Below, piece after piece: positions 19,430 through 29,114 of a DNA stretch of 45,829 bases. The DNA is from Euryarchaeota archaeon UBA229 (GTDB taxonomy: Archaea; Thermoplasmatota; Poseidoniia; Poseidoniales; Poseidoniaceae). The notes beneath the pieces were generated by a model that saw nothing but the letters and a program-made list of their open reading frames with translations, was not told where the DNA came from and did no database searches. Every line of letters starts with the position of its first letter. Position 1 is the first letter of the stretch. The stretch is from positions 50,551-96,379 of the forward strand of contig DAUW01000076.1 of the NCBI GenBank assembly GCA_002505355.1, given 5' to 3'. The position numbers were made by a program, and so were the translations under genes.

Positions 19430-20176
19430 ATGGCAGGTCGAAGCGCAACTGGTGGTTATGACCCGTCAGGTATCGACATCGATGAGTGGGAATTATTAGA
19501 ATCTCAGCTGGAAGAATCGATACCAAATTACGATCGAGTTAATCGTTTGATGACATTTGGTCAAGATGCGGTATGGCGAAAAAATGTTCGGAGTCATGCG
19601 CAACCTGGAATGAAAGTATTGGAAGTAGGATGCGGCCCCGGCTCATTTGCCGAAGATATCGAAAGTGTTGACTTGACTTGCTTAGACCCATCAGAAGAGA
19701 TGTTGAAAGTCGCTAAAGTTAGGGTAAATGATGCTCGTCAATTGCGTGGTGAGCCGCCGGCAGATTATGTCCTTGCTATCGCCGAATCAATACCATTGCC
19801 AGACAACACTTTTGACCGCGTATTCTGCTTATTCTCCTTCCGTGATTTCCAAGATAAGAAGAAAGGATTAGAAGAAATACTTAGAGTTCTCAAACCGGGT
19901 GGCCAGTTAGTGATTTGTGATGCTGGCAAGGCTAACTGGGTTCACGGCTTGGCCGGAAGGATATGGATGTCTACAGTCGTACAATGGATTGCAAGATACG
20001 TCACTAAGAAAAAAGACCACCCCTGGAAAGGGCTTGCCAAAACATATTCCCATTATGGCACCAACGGTTATTATCGAAGGTTGATGAGAGAAGTTGGTTT
20101 TGAAAATGTTCAGGGAAGACTGCTGATGCCATTCGGAATGGCTAGCAGATTCAGGGGACACAAACCTGATAATTGA
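19430..20176 (+). CDS. UbiE/MenG-family SAM-dependent methyltransferase
   Basis: YDRVNRLMTFGQD..WR, VLEVGCGPG, AESIPLPDNTFD and EILRVLKPGG motifs. Confidence 0.85.
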   Translation: MAGRSATGGYDPSGIDIDEWELLESQLEESIPNYDRVNRLMTFGQDAVWRKNVRSHAQPGMKVLEVGCGPGSFAEDIESVDLTCLDPSEEMLKVAKVRVNDARQLRGEPPADYVLAIAESIPLPDNTFDRVFCLFSFRDFQDKKKGLEEILRVLKPGGQLVICDAGKANWVHGLAGRIWMSTVVQWIARYVTKKKDHPWKGLAKTYSHYGTNGYYRRLMREVGFENVQGRLLMPFGMASRFRGHKPDN

Positions 20177-20260
20177 TTTTTCAATAGGATATCTCACGAA
20201 TTTACGTCATGAGAAAAATCATTACACTCATAAACCCCCTATATCTGGCAAATTTATCAG

Positions 20261-20587
20261 GTGATGACTTTGACAATGGCTGATGTCCTGCGAAAAATCA
20301 AACAAACCGAAAGAGAGGCTGCACGACAGTTGTCTGCAGCAAAAGACGAAGCGTCAAAGATTGTCTCAGACGCCCGTAAAAAATCAGCAGAGATAATTTC
20401 ACAAGCATCAGACGATTCTGTGTCCAACACTCAGTCAATCCTCGATTCGGCCCGTGAAGAGGCTGCCAAATCGGCAGAAAAAGTTCACAAGGAAGGGGCT
20501 AAATCAGTTACTTCGATTAATACAACTGCTAACAAGAATGTCTCTAAAGCAGTTGATCATATCTTGAAGACTATGTCATCATTGTAG
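20261..20587 (+). CDS. atpH: A-type ATP synthase subunit H (peripheral stalk); start may be 20270 or 20276
   Basis: Short A/K/E-rich helical protein, first gene of the operon. Confidence 0.8.
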   Translation: MMTLTMADVLRKIKQTEREAARQLSAAKDEASKIVSDARKKSAEIISQASDDSVSNTQSILDSAREEAAKSAEKVHKEGAKSVTSINTTANKNVSKAVDHILKTMSSL

Positions 20588-20596
20588 GTGTTTTCG

Positions 20597-22951
20597 ATGT
20601 TTGAAACTGCTGAAATGTCCCGTCTAACTGTGGCATCTCCAGTTGACAAAATGGAAGCAGTATTGAGAATCTGTGCAGATTTAGGCTGTGTGCATATCGA
20701 GGAGTACGGCAATTTTGAAGACGGCATTGGAGTCGGTAAATCTATTTCATCTGATGAATCTGCTCTCATTAGTCAATTACTGACTAAAGGAAGGGCACTG
20801 CAAGCAGAACTGAATGCAGTTAATACTGCTGGGCCTAAATCGACGGCAGAAGTTAAACAACTAGTCGACACCATGGGAGATAAAATCGATCAAGCATTAG
20901 TATTACTGGATGAATCAAGAGATGCAAATTCCGAAATTACCTCCCTCGCCGAGCGAATAAAAGCGCTGCAAAGAGTCGCTCCTCTTGGCATTCCATTAGA
21001 ATTGATGGCGGGTTTCGACGGTGTCGAACTTTTCATTGCGGAAACCTCGAAGGCGTCCAAAGCGCGTGCAGAGTTTTCTGACCTCCTCGCAGATATTGAA
21101 TTACAAGCTGCAAACGGCATTATTGCCATTGCTTGTCGACCATCGGATAGTGCTGCTGTACAAATTGGACTAAGCGCGCTCGGGGCTAAACCAATCCAGA
21201 TTCCATCAGGTGAGGGTTCTGCCGACGAAATGATTGCCGACGCACAAGCCAAGATTGAGTCACTCGAGTCGAAAATAAGCAGTGCTGAGAAGTCCTTGAA
21301 ACAGTGGTCAAACGCCAACGGGCGAGATTTGGTTATTATTCTTGAACACCTAGAGCGTGAGGAATCCATATACACGGCTCCAACCTTGCTAGCTGTCAGC
21401 AACCAGGCATTTGTCCTCGACGGTTGGATTCCAACTGAGGAACAAGACAAAGTTGAGTCAGCATTATCCAGCGCAGCCTCACACATTTCTATAGAACAAT
21501 ACGTAGACAATCACCACGGTCACGGCGACGAACACCATGATGATCATACGGACAAACAAGAAGTTCCAAAAGAATTAGAGATGTTATCCGATTATTTATC
21601 CAGTAAAAATCAATCAGTATTCGAGTTCTTTAGAAGTATGGATTTAGACGATTCCGGGGCGCTTGAGTTTGCTGAGATTGAGTCAGCAATGCAAGCAGCA
21701 GATATACCAGACATGCCACCCCTAAATATGGCTAGATTCCTTGCGGCCATAGACCTCAATCGTGACGGGAAAATTAACCTCCCTGAGCTAGATTTAGCGA
21801 TTGGGGCCATAAGAAATGGTACCTATCACACAAAAGAGTACCATGATGATGCTCAACCGCCGATTAAATTCGATAACGGAGAATTCTCAGAGCCATTCGA
21901 GCTGTTGGTAGATTTAGTTGGCAGGCCGAAATATGGAACATTTGACCCGACGCTACTTATGACCTTTACCTTCCCTATTTTCTATGGTATGATACTCGGT
22001 GATTGGGGCTACGGTCTTGTATTGTGCGCTATTGCAGCATACTTCGGCACGAAACCATTTGCTGCTGATCCGCTTGCCCAAAATGGCTTGACAATTCTAC
22101 GCTGGATGGGGATATGGTGTATTATTTGGGGCTTAATTTTCGCTGAAGGTTTCGGTTTCGTTTGGGATGATACAGGACAAATGGGCAATTCCTCTCCGTT
22201 TGATTTCATTTATGACTGGACTTACGCTAACGTCCACGTTCCAGGAACCCTCGCTGACCTGCTAGCAATGGGTGGCTTGCATGTACCATTCCATCGTGCC
22301 AGTCCAGGCGGTGGCCTACAAGAGTACGTTGTTCTGTCTGTCTATGTTGGTGTTCTCCACATATTTGTCGGTCTATTTATTGGACTATACACAGTATGGA
22401 ATGCTCACGGTGCAGCCGCAGCATTCTTCGAAAAAGGTTCCTGGATACTGATTATGACTGGCGGCACCATGCAGGCAAGAAACATGGTCATGGGATTCAA
22501 TGAGTTATTCGAATTCCAGATCTGGACAGTGTTCATAGCTGTGGGTCTAGTATGCTTAGTCATCGGATTAGCCGTCTACGAGAAGTTTGGTTGGGTTGGC
22601 GGTTTGGTCATGGGCCCGATAGAAATCTTTGGATTGCTGGCTAATACTCTTTCCTATCTTAGAATAATGGGAGTTGGCGTTGCGGGCGTAAAAATCGCAG
22701 AAATTTCCATCAGCATGGGCTGGGAAAAAATCGGACCTGCAATGGACGCAGGAGACATCATTGGCCTAGTCCTCGGTATCGTTCTATTTGTCTTAGTGCA
22801 ATTGTTTGCGATTGCTCTTGGAATTTTATCACCTTCAATTCACGCTATCCGTCTACACTTTGTAGAATGGATGGGTAAGTTTTACGACGGCAGTGGCAAA
22901 GCATTCGCGCCACTTGGCGGTAGAACCCTTCATGTGGAGGGTAAATCATAG
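20597..22951 (+). CDS. atpI: A-type ATP synthase subunit I (a), with His-rich/EF-hand insertion
   Basis: GWIP, PKYGTFDPT, FYGMILGDWGYG, LSYLR (essential Arg) and HAIRLHFVEW motifs; AGGTG ribosome-binding site before ATG 20597. Confidence 0.96.
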   Translation: MFETAEMSRLTVASPVDKMEAVLRICADLGCVHIEEYGNFEDGIGVGKSISSDESALISQLLTKGRALQAELNAVNTAGPKSTAEVKQLVDTMGDKIDQALVLLDESRDANSEITSLAERIKALQRVAPLGIPLELMAGFDGVELFIAETSKASKARAEFSDLLADIELQAANGIIAIACRPSDSAAVQIGLSALGAKPIQIPSGEGSADEMIADAQAKIESLESKISSAEKSLKQWSNANGRDLVIILEHLEREESIYTAPTLLAVSNQAFVLDGWIPTEEQDKVESALSSAASHISIEQYVDNHHGHGDEHHDDHTDKQEVPKELEMLSDYLSSKNQSVFEFFRSMDLDDSGALEFAEIESAMQAADIPDMPPLNMARFLAAIDLNRDGKINLPELDLAIGAIRNGTYHTKEYHDDAQPPIKFDNGEFSEPFELLVDLVGRPKYGTFDPTLLMTFTFPIFYGMILGDWGYGLVLCAIAAYFGTKPFAADPLAQNGLTILRWMGIWCIIWGLIFAEGFGFVWDDTGQMGNSSPFDFIYDWTYANVHVPGTLADLLAMGGLHVPFHRASPGGGLQEYVVLSVYVGVLHIFVGLFIGLYTVWNAHGAAAAFFEKGSWILIMTGGTMQARNMVMGFNELFEFQIWTVFIAVGLVCLVIGLAVYEKFGWVGGLVMGPIEIFGLLANTLSYLRIMGVGVAGVKIAEISISMGWEKIGPAMDAGDIIGLVLGIVLFVLVQLFAIALGILSPSIHAIRLHFVEWMGKFYDGSGKAFAPLGGRTLHVEGKS

Positions 22952-22981
22952 TCCATTGGACAAATAAAGGAGGTAGCAAAA

Positions 22982-23296
22982 ATGAACAAGAATACCCTGA
23001 AAATGAGCCTGAGAACCCTGATCGTCTTGCTGGCATTGACCCTTGTAGCACAAGGTGTTGCAGCAGAAGGAGAAGAAACGGGAGAAGATACGAACGTAGG
23101 AAACATCGGTAACCTCGGTGTTGGTATTGCGCTAGGATTAGCCGGACTAGGTGCTGGTTACTCACAAGCCGCAATAGGTAGCGCTGCAGTCGGCATGCTT
23201 GCCGAAGACGGCAGCAAGTTCGGTTACGCACTAATCTTCACAGCTCTGCCAGAGTCTATCGTTATCTTGGGCGCTCTGCCATTGTTCCTACAGTGA
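22982..23296 (+). CDS. atpK: A-type ATP synthase proteolipid subunit K (c) with N-terminal leader
   Basis: GLAGLGAG.SQ..IG hairpin and LPES ion-binding Glu; GGAGGT ribosome-binding site. Confidence 0.95.
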   Translation: MNKNTLKMSLRTLIVLLALTLVAQGVAAEGEETGEDTNVGNIGNLGVGIALGLAGLGAGYSQAAIGSAAVGMLAEDGSKFGYALIFTALPESIVILGALPLFLQ

Positions 23297-23348
23297 ACAT
23301 TTACCTTTGACGGTCTAGAAGACTGTTGGAGTATATGGAGGAATAAAA

Positions 23349-23912
23349 ATGACGCTCGAAACATTGGCTAAAGATATCGCTGCATCTGCAGAAGCAGATG
23401 TCAAAGCGCTGATCGACGAAGCCAAGTCTGAAGCCAAGGAAATATTGGAAGAAGCCAAAAACAAAGCATCCGGTATAACTGATGAAGCTAACTCAAGGGC
23501 TGAGCGTGAAGCCGCTCAAATATCCCGTGAAGTAGTTGCTAGTGCTAGACAAGCGAATCAAAAATCGATATTGATTGCGAAACGGGAAGCCATGGATAAT
23601 ACCCATGCTGCTGTTAAAGAGCAACTTGCTGACCCTGGCTTCAAGGGTCGTGCCAGTATGTTAAAATCATTGATGGCAAAAGCCGACAAAGTTGCATCAG
23701 CAGATTTCGTTATCAGGCCAGTAGAAGTGGATAAGAAAGCACTTAGTGATTTGAAAGGTAAGCGAAAACTAGGCACAACTGTCGATGGTCTTGGAGGATT
23801 TATCCTAGAGGCCGCTGATGGGTCTGTATCTTATGATATGAGATTTGACACTCTGCTAGATACAGCGTGGGGACAGTCCCTATCGGAAGTTAACAGAATA
23901 TTGTTTGGTTGA
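23349..23912 (+). CDS. atpE: A-type ATP synthase subunit E
   Basis: MTLETLAKDI, helical N-terminus, and GGFILE..DG...D.RFD. Confidence 0.92.
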   Translation: MTLETLAKDIAASAEADVKALIDEAKSEAKEILEEAKNKASGITDEANSRAEREAAQISREVVASARQANQKSILIAKREAMDNTHAAVKEQLADPGFKGRASMLKSLMAKADKVASADFVIRPVEVDKKALSDLKGKRKLGTTVDGLGGFILEAADGSVSYDMRFDTLLDTAWGQSLSEVNRILFG

Positions 23913-23922
23913 GGTGAAATGA

Positions 23923-24957
23923 TTGGCTGGTAATACTGCTTACGTTGCTTCGAGAGCCAAATCTCGAAGGAAGAAACTTGCAGACTTAGCAAGGATGCGG
24001 CAGCTTATCAATCAATCAACCGATCAATTAACAGCATCTGTAAGTAACATGGGTTATGCTGACGAAATTAACTTGTACGCCGGGAAATTGACTGGCGCAG
24101 ATTTGGTTGAGGCAGCATTAACACACAACCTTGAAGCAGAATTATCAGAGATACTCAAAATGTGCAATGGTAAAATTAGAGACGTAGTCGATATCTACAC
24201 CTCACGGTTTGAATATCAAAATGCCAAAGTCGTGCTCCGATCTGTTGTGAATGAAGTTGCTTTAGATAAAGTTTCAAATTCGATACTACCAGATTTGAAC
24301 GATATCAATACGCCATGGTTGAAAATTATCGAAACTGCAGATGACTTGCGATCCGCAGTCTTGCAGATGCGGCGTAAATCCTTCGGAGCAGACCTCAAGG
24401 CGCTGCCCGAGGATGCGAGATTATCTGAATACGAGGATGCCCTAGACAGGCATTACTTCAAGTCGGCTACCAAATCACTCAACGCAAAAAATCCAGCGAC
24501 GAAGTACTTGAAAGACTACTTAGCAATGGAAATTGACCACCGAAACATAATGAATATACTTGAATCGGATTCGATTGGTATATCATCCGATGAAATGGCT
24601 AAACTGTTAATTGCGGGTGGTAAAATACTACCATCTAGAGCATTTTCAACGATTGCTGCTGGTGGTAGGTCAGCATTAATGGATGTGCTTAGAACGTCGT
24701 CTAAATTTGACATGGGGCACTTTGAGGGGCTGTTAGAAGAGGTCACAAAATCTAGAAGCTTAGATTCCATAGTAACATGGTTCAAGGAAAGGGAACATAA
24801 GTTCATGAAAAAAATGAGTTATCTCCATCCCATTTCCGCACTGCCAATAGTTTACTATGTTGCAATGAAGGTACAAGAAGTTGCAGACCTGAGAATAATT
24901 GTCAGAGGAAGATTTGCTGGCTTGCCGGCAGAAGTGCTAGAGGCGCACATACTATGA
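23923..24957 (+). CDS. atpC: A-type ATP synthase subunit C
   Basis: Y..SRAK, N.KVVLR, EID..NI and EVADLRIIVRG motifs; operon position; GAGGTGA before the TTG start. Confidence 0.92.
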   Translation: MAGNTAYVASRAKSRRKKLADLARMRQLINQSTDQLTASVSNMGYADEINLYAGKLTGADLVEAALTHNLEAELSEILKMCNGKIRDVVDIYTSRFEYQNAKVVLRSVVNEVALDKVSNSILPDLNDINTPWLKIIETADDLRSAVLQMRRKSFGADLKALPEDARLSEYEDALDRHYFKSATKSLNAKNPATKYLKDYLAMEIDHRNIMNILESDSIGISSDEMAKLLIAGGKILPSRAFSTIAAGGRSALMDVLRTSSKFDMGHFEGLLEEVTKSRSLDSIVTWFKEREHKFMKKMSYLHPISALPIVYYVAMKVQEVADLRIIVRGRFAGLPAEVLEAHIL

Positions 24958-24966
24958 GGTGTAAAT

Positions 24967-25266
24967 ATGGAATTAGCAGTAGTAGGCTCACATGAATTCA
25001 CTCTAGGGTTCCAGCTGGCTGGTATTTCAAGCACCTTCAATCCTACAAGTGATGAGGAAATGGCCTCACAACTAAAATCACTACTTAATTCAAGAGAGGT
25101 TGGAATTATTGTCATCGACTCTGCAATAATGTCAACCTTGCCAGAGAGATTGCGAGACCAACTCTCGGCATCAGTTACTCCCACGGTACTTGGAATCGGT
25201 ACCGAGGAGGACACTACTTTGCGGGACACAATCCGCAAAGCAATAGGAGTCGACTTATGGAAATGA
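24967..25266 (+). CDS. atpF: A-type ATP synthase subunit F
   Basis: [15 protein letters not shown] and IRKAIGVDL motifs. Confidence 0.95.
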   Translation: MELAVVGSHEFTLGFQLAGISSTFNPTSDEEMASQLKSLLNSREVGIIVIDSAIMSTLPERLRDQLSASVTPTVLGIGTEEDTTLRDTIRKAIGVDLWK

Positions 25267-25288
25267 ATTCCAAAAAGGAGGAAAAAAT

Positions 25289-27028
25289 ATGAGCAATGAA
25301 GGAGTAATATATCGAATATCCGGTCCTGTAGTAACCGCAACTGGAATGAACGCAGCTATGTATGACGTTGTCAGAGTAGGACATGAAGGACTGATGGGTG
25401 AAGTTATCGAACTTCACGGTGACAAGGCAATTATACAAGTTTACGAAGACACCTCGGGCATAAGACCGGGCGAACCCGTTTTGAACACGGAAGAAACCCT
25501 ATCTGTGTCTCTAGGTCCAGGTTTGTTGACCCAGATTTATGACGGTATCCAAAGACCGTTAGCAACACTCGAGGAAGTAATGGGCGTATTTATCACTAGA
25601 GGGGTTGATGCGGATGCTTTCGACCTTGAGAAGAAGTGGACATTCGAACCAATCGTCGCCAAGGGCGATGATCTTGCCAGCGGTCAAGTTATTGGTCACG
25701 TGCAGGAAACCGAAACTATTGTTCACAAGATTATGGTTCCTCCGGGAAAAAGTGGCAAAGTTAAATCTATCAAGTCTGGTGATTTCAACGTCACACAAAC
25801 CGTTTGTACCCTAGACGACGGAACTGAACTGCAAATGATGCAGAAATGGCCAGTTAGGTCACCTAGACCGTTCCGCCAGAAATATGCTCCAGATACGCCG
25901 TTAGTGACTGGAATGCGAATCCTTGATTTCCTCTTCCCGCTCGCCAAGGGTGGTGCAGCAGGAATTCCTGGACCATTCGGTTCAGGTAAAACAGTAACTC
26001 AGCAGTCACTTGCCAAGTATTCTGACGCGCAATTAGTGGTATACATAGGATGTGGCGAGCGTGGCAATGAGATGACAGAGGTACTAGACGAATTCCCGCA
26101 CCTAATCGATCCAAACACCGGTAAGCCGCTGATGAACCGTACTGTAATGATTGCCAATACCTCCAACATGCCGGTCGCAGCTCGTGAGGCGTCGGTTTAT
26201 ACTGGAATCACCATTGCCGAGTACTTCAGAGATATGGGGTACGATGTTGCCCTGATGGCTGATTCAACCTCGAGATGGGCCGAGGCAATGCGTGAAATTT
26301 CATCAAGATTAGAAGAGATGCCTGGAGAAGAAGGCTATCCTGCTTATCTATCATCGAGAATTGCTGAGTTCTATGAGCGTGCAGGTCGTGTTGAGACCTT
26401 GAGTGGTGAAGACGGGTCTGTAACTGTGATTGGTGCGGTGTCACCCCCGGGTGGAGATATTTCCGAGCCGGTTTCTCAGGGAACTCTTCGAATTGTCAAG
26501 GTATTTTGGGGACTCGACGCCGGTCTTGCAAGGCAGAGACATTTCCCAGCAATCAACTGGCTTAATTCCTATTCATTGTATCCGCAAAGCTTAGATCAGT
26601 GGTTTAGAGACAATATTGCGCAAGACTTCCCTGAAATTAGAACCCAAGTGAGCGGGCTTTTACAAATAGAAGCAGAACTGCAGGAGATTGTTCAATTGGT
26701 AGGATCAGATGCACTCCCTGTTGACCAACAATTAACTTTAGAAGTTGCGAGAATGATTAGAGAATTTTTCCTCCAGCAGAACGGCTTCCACGAAGTCGAT
26801 GCTTACTGTGACATTAATCTACAGTACAAGATGGCAAAAGCAATACTATCTTTCCAAGACTCTGCTAAGGCTGCAATGGCTTCAGGTGCGCAACTAAATG
26901 ATGTTGTCAACGTTCAATCTAGAACAGATTTGATGAGAGGTAGATTTGAGAAAGGCTACATTGACGAAATCGAGGAGATGGTGAAAAACATGACCGCAGA
27001 AATTGCGGGTACCGTGGAGGGTAACTAG
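25289..27028 (+). CDS. atpA: A-type ATP synthase catalytic subunit A (no intein)
   Basis: [26 protein letters not shown] and [10 protein letters not shown] motifs. Confidence 0.98.
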   Translation: MSNEGVIYRISGPVVTATGMNAAMYDVVRVGHEGLMGEVIELHGDKAIIQVYEDTSGIRPGEPVLNTEETLSVSLGPGLLTQIYDGIQRPLATLEEVMGVFITRGVDADAFDLEKKWTFEPIVAKGDDLASGQVIGHVQETETIVHKIMVPPGKSGKVKSIKSGDFNVTQTVCTLDDGTELQMMQKWPVRSPRPFRQKYAPDTPLVTGMRILDFLFPLAKGGAAGIPGPFGSGKTVTQQSLAKYSDAQLVVYIGCGERGNEMTEVLDEFPHLIDPNTGKPLMNRTVMIANTSNMPVAAREASVYTGITIAEYFRDMGYDVALMADSTSRWAEAMREISSRLEEMPGEEGYPAYLSSRIAEFYERAGRVETLSGEDGSVTVIGAVSPPGGDISEPVSQGTLRIVKVFWGLDAGLARQRHFPAINWLNSYSLYPQSLDQWFRDNIAQDFPEIRTQVSGLLQIEAELQEIVQLVGSDALPVDQQLTLEVARMIREFFLQQNGFHEVDAYCDINLQYKMAKAILSFQDSAKAAMASGAQLNDVVNVQSRTDLMRGRFEKGYIDEIEEMVKNMTAEIAGTVEGN

Positions 27029-27039
27029 GAGGAATAATC

Positions 27040-28407
27040 ATGAGTGGAAAAGAATACAGAACAATTACCGATGTAAAAGGCCCACTGGTCTTTTTGAATA
27101 AAACAGAACCCGTTGCTTTTGGCGAAATTGTAACTTTGAGGCTGGCTGATGGCTCGATTAAAAACGGCCAGGTACTGGACACCTCGGATGAATTAGTTAT
27201 CGTCCAAGTATTCGAAGGAACTGCTAACATCAATCGGGAGTCTGGTGTGACATTCATGGGGGACGTGTTCAAGCTTCCAGTGAGTACCGAACTGGTTGGT
27301 AGAATCCTTGACGGTGCAGGTCGACCAAGAGACGGCGGTCCTGCGATTGTTGCAGAAGAGAATGCGGATATTATTGGTGCGGCAATTAACCCTTACAGCA
27401 GGCAAAGCCCACACGATTTCATCCAGACCGGTATTTCAGCCATCGATTGCTGTACAACCCTAGTGCGTGGCCAGAAATTGCCAATTTTCTCAGCATCCGG
27501 TTTGCCGCACAATGACATTGCACTGCAAATAGCCCGTCAAGCCAAATTAAAAGACTCAGATGAAGAGTTTATTGTGGTATTTTGTGCTATGGGAATTACC
27601 GCAGAGGAATATAATTTCTTTAGGAGTGACTTAGAACGAACTGGTGCGCTTGAGAATGCGGTTTTGTTCGTTAATCTAGCAGATGACCCAGCAGTTGAGA
27701 GAATTATTACCCCGCGTTTAGCACTAACGGCTGCAGAATACCTAGCATTTGAGAAAGATTACCACGTGCTGGTTATTTACACAGATATGACAAATTATTG
27801 TGATGCATTAAGACAAATCGGTGCGGCTCGTGAAGAAGTTCCCGGGCGCCGTGGATACCCAGGTTACATGTACACAGACTTGGCTATGCTATACGAGCGT
27901 GCAGGTATTGTAAAAGGCAAAAAGGGTTCAATCACTCAATTCCCGATTCTAACAATGCCGGGTGACGATATAACCCACCCAATTCCAGACTTGTCTGGTT
28001 ATATTACCGAAGGCCAGATTGTTATTTCTAGAGAATTACATCAACAAGGAATATATCCTCCAATCAACGTATTGCCATCCCTGTCTAGACTGATGGGATC
28101 GTGTATTGGCGAAAAAACCACGAGAGAAGATCACAAGTCTGTCTCAGACCAAATGTATGCAGCATATGCTCAGGGAAGAGAATTACGAGGGTTAGTTGCG
28201 ATTGTTGGAGAGGATGCACTTAATGAGCGAGACAAGCAACTGCTCGACTTTTCTGGGGTCTTTGAAGATAAATTCCTAAGACAAACTAGAGATGAGGACA
28301 GATCGATCGAAGAAACTCTAGATCTATGTTGGAATCTGATGTCTTCGATTGACACCAAATATCTCGTTAGACTCGACCAAAAGTGGATTGAGAAGTACGG
28401 GAAGTAA
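27040..28407 (+). CDS. atpB: A-type ATP synthase subunit B
   Basis: [33 protein letters not shown] and YITEGQI motifs. Confidence 0.98.
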   Translation: MSGKEYRTITDVKGPLVFLNKTEPVAFGEIVTLRLADGSIKNGQVLDTSDELVIVQVFEGTANINRESGVTFMGDVFKLPVSTELVGRILDGAGRPRDGGPAIVAEENADIIGAAINPYSRQSPHDFIQTGISAIDCCTTLVRGQKLPIFSASGLPHNDIALQIARQAKLKDSDEEFIVVFCAMGITAEEYNFFRSDLERTGALENAVLFVNLADDPAVERIITPRLALTAAEYLAFEKDYHVLVIYTDMTNYCDALRQIGAAREEVPGRRGYPGYMYTDLAMLYERAGIVKGKKGSITQFPILTMPGDDITHPIPDLSGYITEGQIVISRELHQQGIYPPINVLPSLSRLMGSCIGEKTTREDHKSVSDQMYAAYAQGRELRGLVAIVGEDALNERDKQLLDFSGVFEDKFLRQTRDEDRSIEETLDLCWNLMSSIDTKYLVRLDQKWIEKYGK

Positions 28408-28430
28408 GTAATTAACTAGGAGCGATATTC

Positions 28431-29048
28431 ATGGCATTGGACATTAAACCAACCCGCAGTGAATTGATTAAACTTAAAGCGCGGATAAAGCAGACAAAAA
28501 ATGGGTATAAGCTACTCAAAATGAAGAGAGACGGACTGTTCCATGAATTCAGACAACTACTATCCAAGATGATAGAAGCCAAACGTGAGCTTACTGATGC
28601 ATACCGGCTTGCTAAGCAAAGAATCGATCTAGCAAATGCGATTGATGGGGGTTTAGCTGTTAGAGCCGCAGCAATTGCCAATAGTGCCCACCCAGAAGTT
28701 GAAGTAGAAAAAAGGAATATTATGGGAGTCGTTGTTCCAAGCGTTAGCGGAACCAACCTCAAATCTACTTTTGAGGAACGCGGAGTTGGATACATTGGAT
28801 CATCACCATATATCGATGAAGCAAGTGACTCATTTAGTGAATTGATTGAGAAAATAGTGACCGCTTCAGAGATGGAAGCAACATTAAAACGTCTGTTAGA
28901 GGAAATTGAAGCAACTAAGCGCAGAGTCAATGCTCTAGAATTCAAAGTGATACCTGAATTAGAAGAAGCCAAAGTGTTTATTCAATTGAGATTAGAAGAG
29001 ATGGAGCGTGAAGAAACATTTAGATTGAAGAGATTCAAGAATAAATGA
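28431..29048 (+). CDS. atpD: A-type ATP synthase subunit D
   Basis: PTRSEL, LLKMKRD, TKRRVNALE and EREETFRLK motifs. Confidence 0.97.
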   Translation: MALDIKPTRSELIKLKARIKQTKNGYKLLKMKRDGLFHEFRQLLSKMIEAKRELTDAYRLAKQRIDLANAIDGGLAVRAAAIANSAHPEVEVEKRNIMGVVVPSVSGTNLKSTFEERGVGYIGSSPYIDEASDSFSELIEKIVTASEMEATLKRLLEEIEATKRRVNALEFKVIPELEEAKVFIQLRLEEMEREETFRLKRFKNK

Positions 29049-29114
29049 GTTACAAACGCGCCAACGATGATTAAAGTAGGAAAGAACTACACCCGCCTAA
29101 TGTGAGGTGGTCAG

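Noticed and set aside
20890..21510. 206-aa antisense ORF inside atpI (similar cases at 29642-30379, 38022-38576 and 28412-28972)
   Set aside because: Each lies opposite a well-supported gene and shows typical antisense-shadow composition.
25289..27028. Possible intein in ATP synthase subunit A
   Set aside because: The length (579 aa) is normal and the sequence is continuous after GSGKT.
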